Shown: positions 38,420-53,435, counted from the stretch's first letter. The stretch is 64,000 bases of DNA from Octopus vulgaris (GCA_951406725.2 OX597816.1:10602001-10666000); one strand, 5' to 3'. A program made the numbers and translations. Notes: generated by a model not told the origin, from the letters alone.

Positions 38420-39185
38420 TATACATGCATACATACATATATACATACATACATACCTACATACATGCATACATACATGCATGCATACATACATGCATGC
38501 ATACATACATACATGCATACATACATACATACATACCTACATACATGCTTGCATACATACATACATACATACATACATACATACATACCTACATGCATGC
38601 ATGCATACATACATGCATGCATACATACATACATGCATACATGCATGCATGCATACATACATACATACATACATACATGCATGCATACATACATACATAC
38701 ATACATACATACGTACATGCATGCATGCATGCATACATACATGCTTGCATACATACATACATACATACATACATACATACATACATACATACCTACATGC
38801 ATGCATGCATACATACATGCATGCATACATACATACATACATACATACATACATACATACATACATACATACATACATACATACATACATACATACATGC
38901 ATGCATGCATACATACATACATGCATGCATACATACATACCTACATACATACAAACATACATATATACTTCCATATATACATGCATACATACATACATAC
39001 ATGCATACATACATACCCACATACATACATACCCACATACATACATACATACATACTTCCATACATACATGCATACATACATACATACATACCCACATAC
39101 ATACATACATACATACCTACATACACACATACATACATGCATACATACATACATACATGCATACATACATACACACCTACATAAA

Positions 39186-39219
<34 letters not shown>

Positions 39220-39378
39220 CTTCCATATATACATGCATACATACATACATGCATACATACATAGATATATACATACATGCATAGATACATACATGCATAC
39301 ATACATACATACATACATACCGACATAGATATATACTTCCATACATACATGCATGCATGCTTCCATACATACATACAT
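38420..39378. repeat. (TACA)n/(TGCA) compound microsatellite
   Basis: Directly visible. Confidence 0.95.
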
Positions 39379-39399
39379 AAAATGTGAATTGCCCAGCAT

Positions 39400-40630
39400 T
39401 CCAAACCAAAAAAAAACAAAGACCATGCCTGGGTATGTTTTCCAAGAGCCTGAAGAAGATAGTAATATTAAACATGAAGCATATAGTCATTTGAATTCAT
39501 GACCGCTACATCACATCACACTTTGAAGGTTATGCATTTGCAATCCGGGAACAGGAGATTGTTACGAAATCCCTAATAAACAAAAGGGGCAGTAAAGCTC
39601 TCAGAGCTCCATGATGCAACCGTAAATGTAGATTATATCATATTTAAGTGGAAGACATCACACATGCCATTAGCAGAAACACAAAAATGTCAAGGTACCA
39701 CCTCCATAAGCTACCACAACGTTGTTGCAAAAACTATATGACATGCTTTTCGGTAAAAGAAAAAAAAACCCAAAAAACTGTTGTGGAATAAATATAGAGA
39801 ATCATTCCATTATTGAATACATAAACATATATCTTCACAAGGAACACAGGTGGAACATTGCTATCAAAACATGTCCAAGTGTCAACATAAACAGATAAGA
39901 AAGTATATGTGCTGTCATAGAGGTTTGCTTTACTGCTGGTGAGAATATCTCTTTGAAAACTAAAGGGAAAGAGACCATCTTTGGAGACAGCTGCTCCAAA
40001 ACCTCCAGCTTCTGTATCCAGATTATAAATTCACTTTTATAACAATAATAATTAGTACGAGTGGCGCAGGAGTGGCTGTGTGGTAAGTAGCTTGCTAACC
40101 AACCACATGGTTCCAGGTTCAGTCCCACTGCGTGACACCTTGGGCAAGTGTCTTCTACTATAGCCCCGGGCCGACCAATGCCTTGTGAGTGGATTTGGTA
40201 GACGGAAACTGAAAGAAGCCTGTCGTATATATGTATATATATATATATATATGTGTGTGTGTTTGTGTGTCTGTGTTTGTCCCCCTAGCATTGCTTGACA
40301 ACCGATGCTGGTGTGTTTACGTCCTCGTCACTTAGCGGTTCGGCAAAAAGAGACCGATAGAATAAGTACTGGGCTTACAAAGAATAAGTCCCAGGGTCGA
40401 TTTGCTCGACCAAAAGCGGTGCTCCAGCATGGCCGCAGTCAAATGACTGAAACAAGTAAAAGAGAGTACATTTGGTATTGTTAGTAAACGTCTAAGTGAC
40501 ATTCTAGACAAGCTAGGATTTTCAGAAAAAGAAATTTACCAACAAATTTACCAAAAGATATTTAACTCACACATTACAAATACAATCATAGAACAGTAAG
40601 ACTATGCAAGACTTTACCCAAGTCTAAATA
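39400..40630 (+). mobile_element. Old RLE-type LINE relic interrupted by a SINE
   Basis: EGYAFAIREQEIVTK...; after the SINE, FGIVSKRLSDILDKLGF...TVRLCKTL. Confidence 0.55.
40063..40465 (+). mobile_element. Full-length SINE family A
   Basis: Near-identical to 27415-27832; agtac near both ends. Confidence 0.9.
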
Positions 40631-40932
40631 TGTGACATTCCAGCGATGGACATCTGTATCTTTGTTAGAAACCATCTCCTTCTTCGGGTGAAGAATTCAA
40701 AGAATTAAAAACAGGAGCCTGGTGCAGCCATCTGGTTCACCAGTCCTCAGTCAAATCATCCAACCCATGCTAGCATGGAAAGCGGATGTTAAACGATGAT
40801 GACGATGATGATGATGATGATGATGATATGTTGTAAATCCCCCAAAAAACGAAGAACAAGCACAAAAAAAACAATGCAAGTATTTGGTACATGTAAAGTA
40901 TTAGCAGACGCTCAGGGAAGGAAAGAGATGTG

Positions 40933-40967
40933 GTTTTGCGTTTCGAGCTGAGCTCTTCTTCAGAAAC
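40933..40967 (-). ncRNA. Minimal hammerhead-like motif, cleavage triplet mutated
   Basis: GTTT-CTGAAGA-a-GAGC-tca-GCTC-GAAAC-GCA-AAAC. Confidence 0.55.
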
Positions 40968-41130
40968 AGAGGAAAGTCCAATAGAAAAGGAAGACAGAGG
41001 AAAAGAATTGCCAACGATTCACATGTGGTCACATTTTGAAACCTATATATATATAATGAAACATATATATATAATAGTGGACCACTGAACTCAACACATT
41101 TTTTCTCTTGTTCTCTATTTTTTCTTGTTC

Positions 41131-41166
41131 CTTTCTGTTGAAGAGCGTAGGCTCGAAACGTAGAAG
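41131..41166 (+). ncRNA. Minimal hammerhead-like motif (A6->U variant)
   Basis: CTTT-CTGTTGA-a-GAGC-gtag-GCTC-GAAAC-GTA-GAAG. Confidence 0.55.
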
Positions 41167-41959
41167 ACTTTTCCACTTTTCTCAAGTGTCAAATACACTT
41201 GCTTGTTGTTCCTACACATGTCTTCATCTTTGTTTTTCTACAAATTTCAACTATATATATATATATATATGCAAATACACATGCACACATATATAAAAGA
41301 CAAATATATTTGTATATAGTGTATTTATTTCTTTAATGCCCACAGGGGGCTAAACATAGAGGAGACAAACAAGGATAGACAAAGGGATTAAGTAGATTAC
41401 ATCAATCCCCAGTGAGTAACTAGTACTTATCTAATCAACCCTGAAAGGATGAAAGGCAAAGTTGACCTTGCCGGAATTTGAACTCAGAACATAATGTGGA
41501 GGCGCAATGGCCCTGTAGTTAGGACAGTGGACTCATGATCAGAGGATCACGGTTTCGATTCCCAGACCGGGCATTGTGTGTGTTTATTGAGCAAAAACAT
41601 ATATTTGTGTGTCTGTGTTTGTCCCCTCAACATCACTTGACAACCGATGCTGGTGTGTTTACGTCCCCATAACTTAGCGGTTTGGCAAAAGAGATGGATA
41701 GAATAAGTACTAGGCTTAGAAAAGAATAAGTCTTGGGGTTGATTTGCTCGACTAAAGGCGGTGCTCCAGCATGGCCACAGTCAAATGACTGAAGCAAGTA
41801 AAAAGAGTAAAAGTGTTAAAAGAGATCAATCACAAGACGTAATAAAACATTGAACTGCCTTCAGTTGGATTTGAACTGGGAACTGCAGGCCAATCATGAA
41901 ACTGCAGGTATTAATTTATTCTTGTTTTCTACAATTACCTTAACATCTAGCACACTATA

Positions 41960-43560
41960 CGAGTCTTTAGAAGTGTTTTACACCTCAGCAGCATACTGAC
42001 AGTGTGAAATTTCGTTGGCATAATTGAAGCTGATGTTTATATTGTCAATGAACCAGAACTACATAAACGATGTTGTAAAGTGTCTCTGTTTAATTAATCT
42101 CACTGGGTAAAAATTCATAGACCAGCGACTTGATATTTTGTTTTATGGCTTCAGTGTATTATTTTATTGTAAAACACTCCAGGTCTTGAGTAGATTTTTT
42201 TCTCAGTCTCTCATTTGCCGGTGCCAATATCCCATGATTCTCTCATTATTGTTTCAGACATTTATGCTTGCTGTGGCTCATAAATCTCAGCTGATCTGTA
42301 TCGAAATTGGTCTTAATGTTAATGTTTCTTATACGCAGGCATTGCTTACACGTTTTTTTAAAGATAGAATTTCATCATAAATATTTTTCCAAACAGACTG
42401 TACAATTAATATAAATGTCAAATGGAAACAAAACTGAATTTTCTCCATAAATCTACAGAAATGAGAACTGGGTTCTCTGCACATAAAGGCCCCTGTCTTG
42501 CTGTGCATTGTATGTAAGTTGGTTCAATGAGGCTTGCCTTTCTATCTCCATACTAAACTTATATGATAGGTTTTATGTTGCTTTCCATTTTCTTGTTGCT
42601 TACTGTAACGTCAGCTTACAGAAAGAGAGTTGCATTGCTCTGTAATAACTACATCTATCTAAGTGGGCAAGTCCACCAAGTGCTTTGGTTTCTGGTGGTT
42701 GTAACAAGCATTCAGTTGTCTTATCAACTGAACTTCCCGATATTTTATTCAGCATTTAAGAGGTTGAGTACTCCACAGATAGTTGCATCCTGCAATTACC
42801 AGGTAGAACCAACATGGTACAAGTACTTACCTTTGAATTACTGGTGTAATCCACTCAATGAGTTCAAATTCCACCGAGGTTGACTTTGCCTTTCATCATT
42901 TCGGAGCCGGTAAATTAAGTACCAGCAGTGTACTGGGATTGATCTAATTGACTGGCCCCCATCGCAAAACAATTTCAGGCCTTGTGCCTAAAGTAGAAAA
43001 GAATGTATTACTTTATTGTAAAGCAGTCCAAGTCTTTGGTAGATTTTCTTTTTCTTTGTCTCTCATTTGCTGGCAGCAGTATCTAAGAATTCTTTTAATA
43101 TTGTTTCAGATGTTTATATTTGCTGTGGGTCATAAATCACAATTGATTTGTATCAAAACTGGTCTTTAGCATTAATGTTTCTTATACATAAGCATTGCTT
43201 ACACATTTTCAGAGATAGAATTTCATCATAAACATTTTTTCCAGATTGTACAATTAATATAAATGTCAAATGGAAATGGAAGTGAATTTTCTCTGTAGCG
43301 AGGCAGGAAAGATTCTATTTTGTTGCTGTGGTTTAGCTCAGTTGTGCTTTGGCATACTCCAAACAATCAGAGCTGGAGGCGTAAGTATACAAATAGCAAG
43401 TTCCGCCCTGTGTTACCGTGTGCTTTTTGGGAATAGCTTGTGAGTTGCAGACTTGACAGCATAGAAGCAACATTGCTTTCTTAGACATGCCACATTTTCT
43501 ATGTCCACCACCAACTCATTTGATCAACATCAGCTTCCACCCTGTTTCATATAAACCTCA
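41960..43560 (-). mobile_element. Very degraded, partly tandem-duplicated Penelope-like RT relic
   Basis: Direct repeat ~42155-42445 vs ~43004-43292; minus peptides WSMPKH, IKPII, ENSVLFPFDIY weakly resemble Penelope RT motifs. Confidence 0.3.
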
Positions 43561-43607
43561 CTGTTATAATAAATCATGCGATTTTTCCTGTCTCTCATAC
43601 ACATATA

Positions 43608-43818
43608 CAGGATGTCCCAGAAGACGCGCACCATTCTAGTTTTCATTAAAAATAATTAAAGCATTTTATTTTATTATATTTTTTTCGGCATGTTTTATTG
43701 TAGAGGGTGCTCAATTTGAGCATTTGTTATGATTAATTTCAATAAAATGCCTTTGAAATCAATAAGGAGGTATTTTTTAAAAAAACCCAGGGTGGTGCAC
43801 AACTTCTGGGACACCCTG
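43608..43818. mobile_element. Tc1/mariner MITE
   Basis: TA-CAGGATGTCCCAGAAG...CTTCTGGGACACCCTG-TA. Confidence 0.85.
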
Positions 43819-44963
43819 TATTTGGTTCCCATCCAGATGCAAGATTATTCCTTGTTACCACTCGCTAGCACTCATTACACCACTGAATAAATTTCAATAT
43901 TTTCATTTTATAAAGTTGCCTTCTGAATATTCTTTATTCATGCCTCTTCAGGAAATCACTGAAAATGGATTCTTTCTATGAATTTTCTTTAAAAAAAAAA
44001 TGCTAACTACACACAGGTATAAATAAATAAATAAGCTAAAAGGATGTTTTGCAGTATCTTTACATTCTGAGTTCAAATCCCGCCTAGGGCAACTATGTCT
44101 TTGATCTTTTCACAGTTGATAAAATAAAATTAAAATAGCAATCAAGAACTGAGATTGATGATATCAACCTACGTCTTCCTTCAAAATTGCTGGCCATGGA
44201 TCTAAATTAGAAACCATTATTTTCCAGGTTCATTAACGGGATTAATAATGCTGTTTCTGTCTCTATCATGATTTGTTTAACTTCACAGTAAAATAACAAT
44301 ATTGACAAAAAATATCTGGTACAAATTGTTGTTTCATGTAAAGAACAAAGGCTGCGTTCTTTGATAATGGAGAAACGAATTAATTTTCAGGTGATATTTT
44401 AGATCCATAATTTATCTGCTTTCCAAGGATGACAGCATCATTGAAATCACTACAGCATTATATTCAATAAAACAACATATAGTTTTTAAAAAAATGTTTA
44501 AATGTAAACTTCTTTCCAGTTCATTTATTCACGAAAATGTAATGACTTTAGAACAATCAACCAAACCAATTCTATTTAACTATCACATCACTTTAACACC
44601 TGAACAGTTCTTCTCCACACTGAAGACTTAATGGACTAAAAGGCAGGCATTAAATTGAAGTCAAATTTACAAAAAAATAAATAATTAAATCAAAATGGTC
44701 AAATTTAAATTAATCTTTAAAAAAATCAAATTTTAACGATATTTTTCTGCCCTGAATTGTTGTACAAATTTTTATGGGAGATTGCATGTGTAATTTGATT
44801 GTGTCATGGCTGGGCGGTTAAGGAGTTTGTTTCTCAACTAGTTGGTTTTAAGTTCAGTTTCACTTCATGATACTTTGGGAAAGTATCAACTATTATAAAC
44901 TTGACAAAAATCTTGTAAATGGACTAAATAGATAAAAACCGAAAGAAGACCACCATAGAAGTA

Positions 44964-45004
<41 letters not shown>

Positions 45005-45114
45005 TAACGTTTGTTTTTCGTTCAGTATAATAAAAACAATTTTATGTTAATTTGATGGATTATTCTATACTTTTAGAGAGTACAAAACTATTATTCTTAA
45101 ACTAGAATATTAAT

Positions 45115-45490
45115 AATAATGAAATTATTGTATACAGTGCTCAGGTGCACCACAACTTGTCAAAAGTGTGTATAAAGCATGTGCCCTGATGTACAAATGT
45201 CTGGAAAGCAAACAGTGTATGAGTCAGATACATGCTTGCGTGTGTATGAAGGGAAGAAAATCATGTGTAATGTTGGCGAATCTCAGGAAGCATGGAAGTT
45301 TTGAAAGATGCATTGCTCCGACAACTAACAACTGATGCCGGCAGTTTGTTCCATGCTTCAGCAACTCTTAGCATGAAAATATGTTTCCGAAAGTCATAGG
45401 AGCTGTGCTGTTTTCTGACTTTGTAATCATGTCCACGGGTGTTAGACAGGTGGAGTTTGAAAAGGTGCTCAGAGTTATTGTTAGTAAGAT
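45115..45490 (-). mobile_element. CR1-type LINE 3' end
   Basis: LFKLHLSNTRGHDYKVRK...LRVAEAWNKLPASVV. Confidence 0.8.
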
Positions 45491-45619
45491 GGGTAATGGT
45501 TGTGACTTTGAAGTTTCAGTGTGTTAAGGCATCATCAACCTGCAGTCCAATGATGAACCAACTGGCCAAAATTTCAAAGTCATTGTTAATGATAGTCTTG
45601 TTTAAGAATTATATATATA

Positions 45620-46559
45620 TGAAGTGGTATCAAACAGTTCCCAGATTAGTTATGTTTAATAAAAAATAGCTTATTTACCTAAGTTTTAACATCATCTCTT
45701 TCGAAATAGTCACCTTGCACAGCAATACACTGGTTCCAGTGTTTCTGCCACTTTTGGAAACCGGTCTGGAAGTTCTTTTTTCTGTAAGCGAGTCAAGGAC
45801 TTTCTGTGATTCACTCTGGGTCTTGGCAATGGCGACCTCTGATGTGTATTTTCAATTTGGGGAAGAGATGGAAGTTGTCTGCTGGTGCTAAAGCTTGTGA
45901 ATAGGAGGAGTGTGGAAGCAATACTATGTTGTTTTTGGTGAGAAACTCCCAAGTAAAAAGAGCTTGATGACAGGGTGAATTGTCGTCAAGAATCCAATTC
46001 TTTGCTTTCCACAGATTTGGTCACTTTCACCGAATGTCCTCCCTCAAACGCTTCAAAACGTTGCAGTAGAACTCTCGGTTGATGTTCTGGCTCTGGGGGA
46101 TGAATTCTTGATGCATGATACCACAAATGTGAATGAAAAAAAAAATGATGAGCATGCTTTTGATTAAGCTGTGGCTCTGTGATGCCTTCTTCGGTTGTGG
46201 GGACAAAAGCCACTTCCATTATGACAACACTGTTGCTTCATCAAAGGGTCATACCTGTTGACCCAACTCTCATCATCGGTGATGGTATCTGACATGAAGG
46301 ATGAGTCATGGGCAACACGCTGATGGAGATCTCAACAGACTTTGAACCGGTGTTCTTTTGTTCATGACAAAATCGCTGACTACAGCCTACACGTGATCAG
46401 AAAACACAAATTTCAAAACTTGCAAAGTAAACGCAGTGATGTCACTCGGCACATTGCTTCATGAAGATCACTGCTAACTCTCACTGCACATGCAACCGTG
46501 TGCTGCTACCTGTTGGCTTGCCACACAACTAGTCCGGGAACTTTTTGATATCACCTTTG
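45620..46559 (-). mobile_element. Internally deleted mariner transposon
   Basis: TIRs gaagtggtatcaaacagttcccagattagtt / aactagtccgggaactttttgatatcacctttg; peptides KSMLIIFF, HQEFIPQSQNINREFYCNVLKRLREDI, DNSPCH. Confidence 0.85.
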
Positions 46560-47335
46560 CATGGCACCTTGGGCAAGTGTCTTCTACTATAGCCTCGGGC
46601 CAACCAAAGCCTTGTGAGTGGGTTTGGTAGACGGAAACTGAAAAGAAGCCCGTTGTATATATGTATATATATGTGTGTGTGTGTTTGCGTGTCTGTGTTT
46701 GTCCCCTCCTCCAACATTACTTGACAACCGATGATGGTGTGTTTACATCCCTTTAACTTAGCGGTTCGGCATAAGAGACCAATAGAATAAGTACTAGGCT
46801 TCCAAAGAATAAGTTCTGGGGTCGATTTGCTCGACTAAAGGTGGTGCTCCAGCATGGCCACAGTCAAATGACTGAAACAAGTAAAAGAGTATATAAATAT
46901 ATATATATATATATCATATATATAGGCGCAGGGGTGGCTGTGTGGTAAGTAGCTTGTTTACCAGCCACATGGTTCCGGGTTCAGTCCCACTGTGTGGCAC
47001 CTTGGGCAAGTGTCTTCTACTATAACCTCGGGCCGACCAAAGCCTTGTGAGTGGATTTGGTAGACGGAAACTGAAAGAAGCCTGTCGTATATATGTATAT
47101 ATATATATATGCGTGTGTGTGTTTGTGTGTCTGTGTTTGTTCCTCTAGCATTGCTTGACAACCGATGCTGGTGTGTTTATGTCTCCGTTACTTAGCGGTT
47201 TGGCAAAAGAGACCGATAGAATAAGTACTGGGCTTACAAAAGAATAAGTCCCGGGGTCGAGTTGCTCGATTAAAGGCGGTGCTCCAGCATGGCCGCAGTC
47301 AAGTGACTGAAACAAGTTTAAGAGTTAAGAGAGTT
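46560..47335 (+). mobile_element. Two tandem SINE family A copies (46560-46890 headless; 46925-47335 full)
   Basis: Family match. Confidence 0.9.
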
Positions 47336-47964
47336 ATATGCATACATATATATATATATAAAGTAAAAGCAGCTCTAGTATAATAAATATTGTTAACTAC
47401 ATATACTAATGTGTATGTTTTGTGTATTGTCTGGTGGTGGCAATGGTGTAGCAGAGTACATAACTCTCATCTCGCTGGTGTTAAAACACCTTAGAGTGAT
47501 GGACAGGCGAGATAACTCACCCTCAATCCCATTTGGGAGTGATGGACTTGGATGTTATCAACACCATCTACTTGCTTGGAAGGAAGTTGTGTCAGTTAGC
47601 CAGTCCAACGTCTTATATGCTCATGGCATACCAGCTCATGTGAATGCCCTTTCTAAAATCAGCCACTTTCCTTAATGTATTGGACCTTTTATTCATGGCA
47701 CCAGCATTAGCGAGGTTGTGATGCAGCTTGCAAAGCTAAGATCACCTGTGAGTAGAGAAGGATGTGGTTTTATGCTGGGAGATGGAGGATTACAGCAAGA
47801 AAAAAGGGATCTGGAACAGTTTATTTCTGTTGAGGAACTACATGGTTTCTATAGAACAAGTGGGTAAGAATAACAGGGTTAGACTTGGTAAAAGAGATAA
47901 AATAGTGTTGATGCTGTGTCAGGGGGGACGCATTGAATAGAAAATGCTGGACGGTCTCATATAT

Positions 47965-48584
47965 ACTCTTTACTCTTTTACTTGTTTCAGTCATTTGACT
48001 GCGGCCATGCTGGAGCACCGCCTTTAGTTGAGCAAATCGACCCCCAGGACTTATTCTTTGTAAGCCTAGTACTTATTCTATCAGTCTCTTTTGCCGAACT
48101 GCTAATTTACGGGGATGTAAACACACCAGCATCAGTTGTCACGTGATGTTGGGGGGACAAACACAGACACGCAAACATATACACACACACATACATACAT
48201 ATATATATATATAAAGTTAATCCAAACAAGAAAGCACAAAAAAACACAACGCGAGGACGTGGAACAAATATAGTATTATTGGACGCTCAGGAAAGAAGGA
48301 AAGAAGGAGGGTTTAACATTTTGGGTGGAGGTCTTCATTGGAAACATAGGAGAAGGAAAGATCCAGAGAAGGGAAGACAGAGGAAAAAAAATCGCCTACG
48401 GTACACACACGGTCACATATACGATGGGCTTCTTTCAGTTTCTGTCTACCAAATCCACTCACAAGGCTTTGGTCAGCCCGAGGCTTTAGTAGAAGACACT
48501 TGCCCAAGATGCCACACAGTGGGACTGAACCCGGAACCATGTGGTTGGTAAGCAAGCTACTTACCACACAGCCACTCCTACGCC
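47965..48584 (-). mobile_element. SINE family A interrupted at its central microsatellite by a Penelope-type short repeat (48212-48418)
   Basis: Both SINE halves flank an inverted homolog of 618-832. Confidence 0.85.
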
Positions 48585-50399
48585 TAGTACAACCAGTAAA
48601 GTGGTTGGCATTAGGGTATCTAACCATAGAAAAATCCTGCCAAAGGAGACACTGAAATTTTCCCTTCAATTATTCATTATCCACGAAATTAGTAGGCAAA
48701 AATACTCTCTAAATCTGTTCAAAATCTACGAACAATAATGAACATTATCTTGAATGACTTTTAATCTTTAGCAAACCAGCTTGGGTGAGTATTTCTCTCT
48801 TCAAGATATATTCTTCTCTCAAACTGAATTAAGCAATGTTAGTCATAAAAGCACACATCAAATTTAGAGTGCATCCACTGTTTAGAGCAGTGTGTTGCAT
48901 ATTGTATAGTAGCTAATTTCAGTAAGGTGGACTGTGTCGTTAAGGTGCCAAATGTCTTGGCTATGAACATATTGCAGCACTGGCAATAATTTACAAACTG
49001 TTAACTCTTTGGCAGCTATTCAAACTCCCTATTTAACTTGGCTTGCTTTGACTTTTCCATTTAGCATGCTAAAATATGGAGAGAAAAAAAAAAAGGGAAA
49101 AGCTACTGGTCTCTTTAGAAAGTGAAACTGCCTAATTTCTCTGCTTATTTTGCTGCTATTATATAGGAAATTACTATGTGGAACTCTTCTGCTGAATCTT
49201 GTTCACCGTGTTAGAAGAAGGTAAAAGCAGATAAGCATTGCACAGGGAAGAATATGGAGTGATTGGTTTGGTAAAGGGGAAATGCATAAACAAGATGGAA
49301 GTCATGACAGAAGGTCTTATCGTAATTCTGGTATGTCATGTATACATTTGAATAAATATAATAAAGCAGCATGGAGATGTTGTATCAGGTCATATGTGAA
49401 TGCTGTTACATTAGTGCTTGGATGTAAATAATACCTGTATGCATGTGTTAAAACAAAAGTGTCTGCCTTAAATACAAACGCATTTAAGGAATAACATACG
49501 CATTTACACATATACGCATACAATAAAACACACCCATACGTTGACAGTCTTATATATACAACACACACACACACACACACACATAATACAATGTATTTTA
49601 TTCATTTACATTTACATACATATACAAAACACTGAAGCAGAACACAGACCACAAAATACAAATGTATATACAAGCATGTATACATGCATATATTCATGTA
49701 TGTGCTCGTACATTCTTACATATATAAAGTAATGGATTCGTGTATAGACACATGTAGACATAAAACACATTCATGAGCACATACATACTTGCATATATAT
49801 ATGTATAAATAAATCATAATTTGATGTATACATAGTACATACACACATCTATCCATCCATAAAGGCATTCACCTGTGCATCCATTCATGCATTAATAAAA
49901 ACACATGCATTTATGCATAAGTACACACACACACACACATATACAAAAAAATTACATACATATCCTTGGGTTTGAAGGCAAAGAAAGCAAACAGCCAATA
50001 TTTGCAAATTCAAACTCTAAGTGGAACGGAAAAAATATACACAATTTTCCTAGATTTCAGCAAGTACCCTAGCCTGCCCATTTGATGCAAGGGAGAAGGA
50101 AAAAGAAACTATGATGATTGGTTAAAATACTGTCATCTAAAGTGAGCACTAAAAAGGTTTTGGAACTGCTGAGAGGTAATGGTCAGTGATAACAGGATCA
50201 CTTGGTACAGTGTTTGAAAGTTTGACCAAATAGCTTTCTATGATAAGTGTAACAGTTAACTACATATATCAGTAACATGTTGAAAAGCATGCGAGAAGTA
50301 GCCTGATGATCTGTGAAGAAAGCAGATGTATTATATTACAAACACTACTGCCAAACAAATACAGAATAATAATGATGATGATGATGATGATGATGTTGT

Positions 50400-50431
<32 letters not shown>

Positions 50432-50639
50432 GTGATGGTGATGATGATGTTGATGATGATGATGATAACGATTGATAAAACTCCATTAGAGAGCAAAAGC
50501 GGAATCTTTGGAAAAGGATACTAAAGTATTAACAATTTCTTTAGTGAATGCAGTAAGCTAGCACAAAAAGAGTATAAGTACAGACATAGGAGTGCATTGA
50601 GATATCAGCTATTTCTTCGGATTTAAAGTAACACATAAG

Positions 50640-51020
50640 TGACATGAGCACAAGCCAAAGGCTATGATGGGGGATAATAATTAGGGGATATAATTGGATT
50701 TCTCCATTAAGACTGAAGCAAGAAAACCAGATCTGATGATAGAGAACAAAAAAAGTCAGATCATAAACATGGGCAATACCATATAACAGTAAAGTGGATA
50801 CCAAATGAATTGACAAAACTGACAAACAGATGAAGAAAATATAGAAGGCAAAGGTGATAGTTGTTCCTTTGATAGTTTCACTTAACCCAAACTGTTATGG
50901 AAGAAACTAGAGGACATTGGAATCGAGACTTGTATTGTCAGCTTGTAAAAAAATACCCTCTTGTATCTTGTAAAAATCTTAAGAAGGATTCTTGAGATTC
51001 GAAGAGACTTGCTATCACCA
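50640..51020 (+). mobile_element. Degenerate RLE LINE 3' fragment
   Basis: RKPDLMI and KVIVVPLI motifs, KKLEDIGIE. Confidence 0.5.
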
Positions 51021-51519
51021 AACCTCAAAGAAACACCCATGCCAGATAAAGTAACATGTAACAGCTTTAATAATAAATAATCCTTTCCATTAATAGATGC
51101 AAGGACCAAAACCTGACCCTAAAGGGGCTAGTTGATTATTTTGATCTTGCTGCTCAGCTGGTACTTATTTCATCAGCCCCAAAAGAATGAAAAGCGAAGT
51201 CAACCGTGGTGACATTTGAATTCAAAATGTAAAGCCGGAAGAAATGCTAATTATTTTATCTGTTACAATTACAATTCTGCCACCACGCTGAATTAGCTTT
51301 AATAACAACAACAACAACAACAAAAACAACAACAATAATAATAATAACAACAATTGTTTAATAATTTTTGGCCAAAGGTCAGCAGTCCCAGGGAAGTGGG
51401 TTAGTTAATTAAATTGACCTGATCAATCAATTAGTATTTTATTTTATCGACCCTGAAATGATGAAAGGCAAAATATTTGAATGGTAATAATAATAATAAC
51501 GGTAATAATAATAATAATA

Positions 51520-51577
<58 letters not shown>

Positions 51578-52639
51578 TGATGATGATAATGATAATTTTT
51601 TTTATGACCAGTAAACAAGTGTCACCTTTGTCTACTGGCTATGGACAGCTGGCACTTTACCTCATACCCAGCAAAATAAGCTGAATTTTCAAGTAATAAT
51701 AATGATGATGATGATAATTTTAAATTTTGGGACAAGGTCAGCATGTTTAGGAGAGGGTGCAAGTCAATTAGATCGATCCCCAGCACTCAACTGGTAATAT
51801 TTTATTGACACCATCCCTCCAGTGCTCAACAGATACCTATTTTATTGACCCTGAAAAATGAAAGACAACAATTGACTTTGGCAGAATTTGAACTCAGAGT
51901 ATAAAAACAGATGAAACGTCACTAAGTGTTTTGCTTGGTGTACTAACAAGTGTGCCAGGTCATGGCCTTATCAATCATAATAATGATAATAATAATAATA
52001 ATAACAAGAGCACTTAGAGAGTGCAAACCTCCACCAAAGCAATACCAACATCCTCTCAATTGTTAGCTGGAGATGATTTTTAAAATGAGAATGTCTGAAA
52101 TAAACTTGACTGCTCTCACAAACGAGAATACTAAAAATGAACGTGACCCTCTCAAAAATTAAGAAAAAAAAAAAGGAAAATTAATCCAGAATCCTTGTCC
52201 AGTACTGGATTTATCCTAAAATATAATCTGTTTGTGCCAGTCATAAGACCAAACATCCCTGAAAGTTTCATCTGAATCCATCCAGCGGTTCTTGAGATAT
52301 CTTGTCCATGGACAAACAAACAAACACAACTGAAAACAATACCTCTGCCTTTGCTAAGGTGGAGGTAATAATAGCAACAATAATAAATAAATGAAGAATC
52401 ACAAACAGGAGAAGAATGATTCAAATATTGGCACAAGGTGAGCAATTTTTTAAGGGTGGTGCAAGGTGATTGCATCAGCATCAGTACTTGATTGGTACTA
52501 TGTCTCAATTGACCTCAATAGGATGAAATTGCAAAATCGACCTTAGTAGTACCTGAATTCAGGAAATAAAAACCTGGAAGAAATACTACTGACCATTTTG
52601 TCCAATACACCAACGATTCTACCAGCTTTGCTACCAAAC

Positions 52640-52677
<38 letters not shown>

Positions 52678-52718
52678 TGATGATGATGATGATAATAATA
52701 ATAATGATAATAATAATG

Positions 52719-52772
<54 letters not shown>

Positions 52773-52789
52773 GTAATAATAATAATCAT

Positions 52790-53435
52790 CATCGCTGCCC
52801 AGGACCAAGCATTGAATACCAACTCGGTGAAAAAGAATATATACCACAGAAGTGTAATGGACCTCTGCAGAATGTGTGGGAAGAGAGTCAAAAGCATGAC
52901 TTACATTTTTAGTGCTTGTGAAAGTCTTACGCAGAAAGAATACAAGCGTAGACATGACAAGGTAACCCAAAATTCTACTGGATACCATGCTGTAAGTATG
53001 GGCATGAGGTTATGGGTGCTTGGTACCAAAATAGACCAGAAAAGGTAATGAATGAAAAGGGGAAGGCAAAAATCCTCTGGGACTTTGATTTCCAGACAGA
53101 GAAGTTGTTAGATCACTGAAATATAGTAATCTTTTGAGAGGGACAAACAAGAATGCCTAATAATTGATATGGCAGTACCAGGAGATCAACATATCATCAT
53201 GAAAGAAAGAGAAAAGGTTGATAAATATTGAGACCTGAGAACTGAGATTGCTAAGATGTGGCATCTACAGGAGTTGAACATACAGGTTATCAATATTGTC
53301 ATTGGAGCATTGGGCCCAATACCACCCAATCTGAAAAAAACATCTGAAAACCTTAGAGATACTTTACAATCTAGATGTATTGCAAAGGTCAGCATTACTT
53401 GGAACTGCATGCATATAGTGTGAAGTACTGTCTGA
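52790..53435 (+). mobile_element. R4/Dong-type LINE: zinc knuckle plus RLE
   Basis: IIAAQDQALNT...CRMCGK...SAC...YKRRHDKV...KILWDFDFQT...DMAVPGD...IVIGALG; starts directly after (AAT)n at 52640-52790. Confidence 0.9.
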
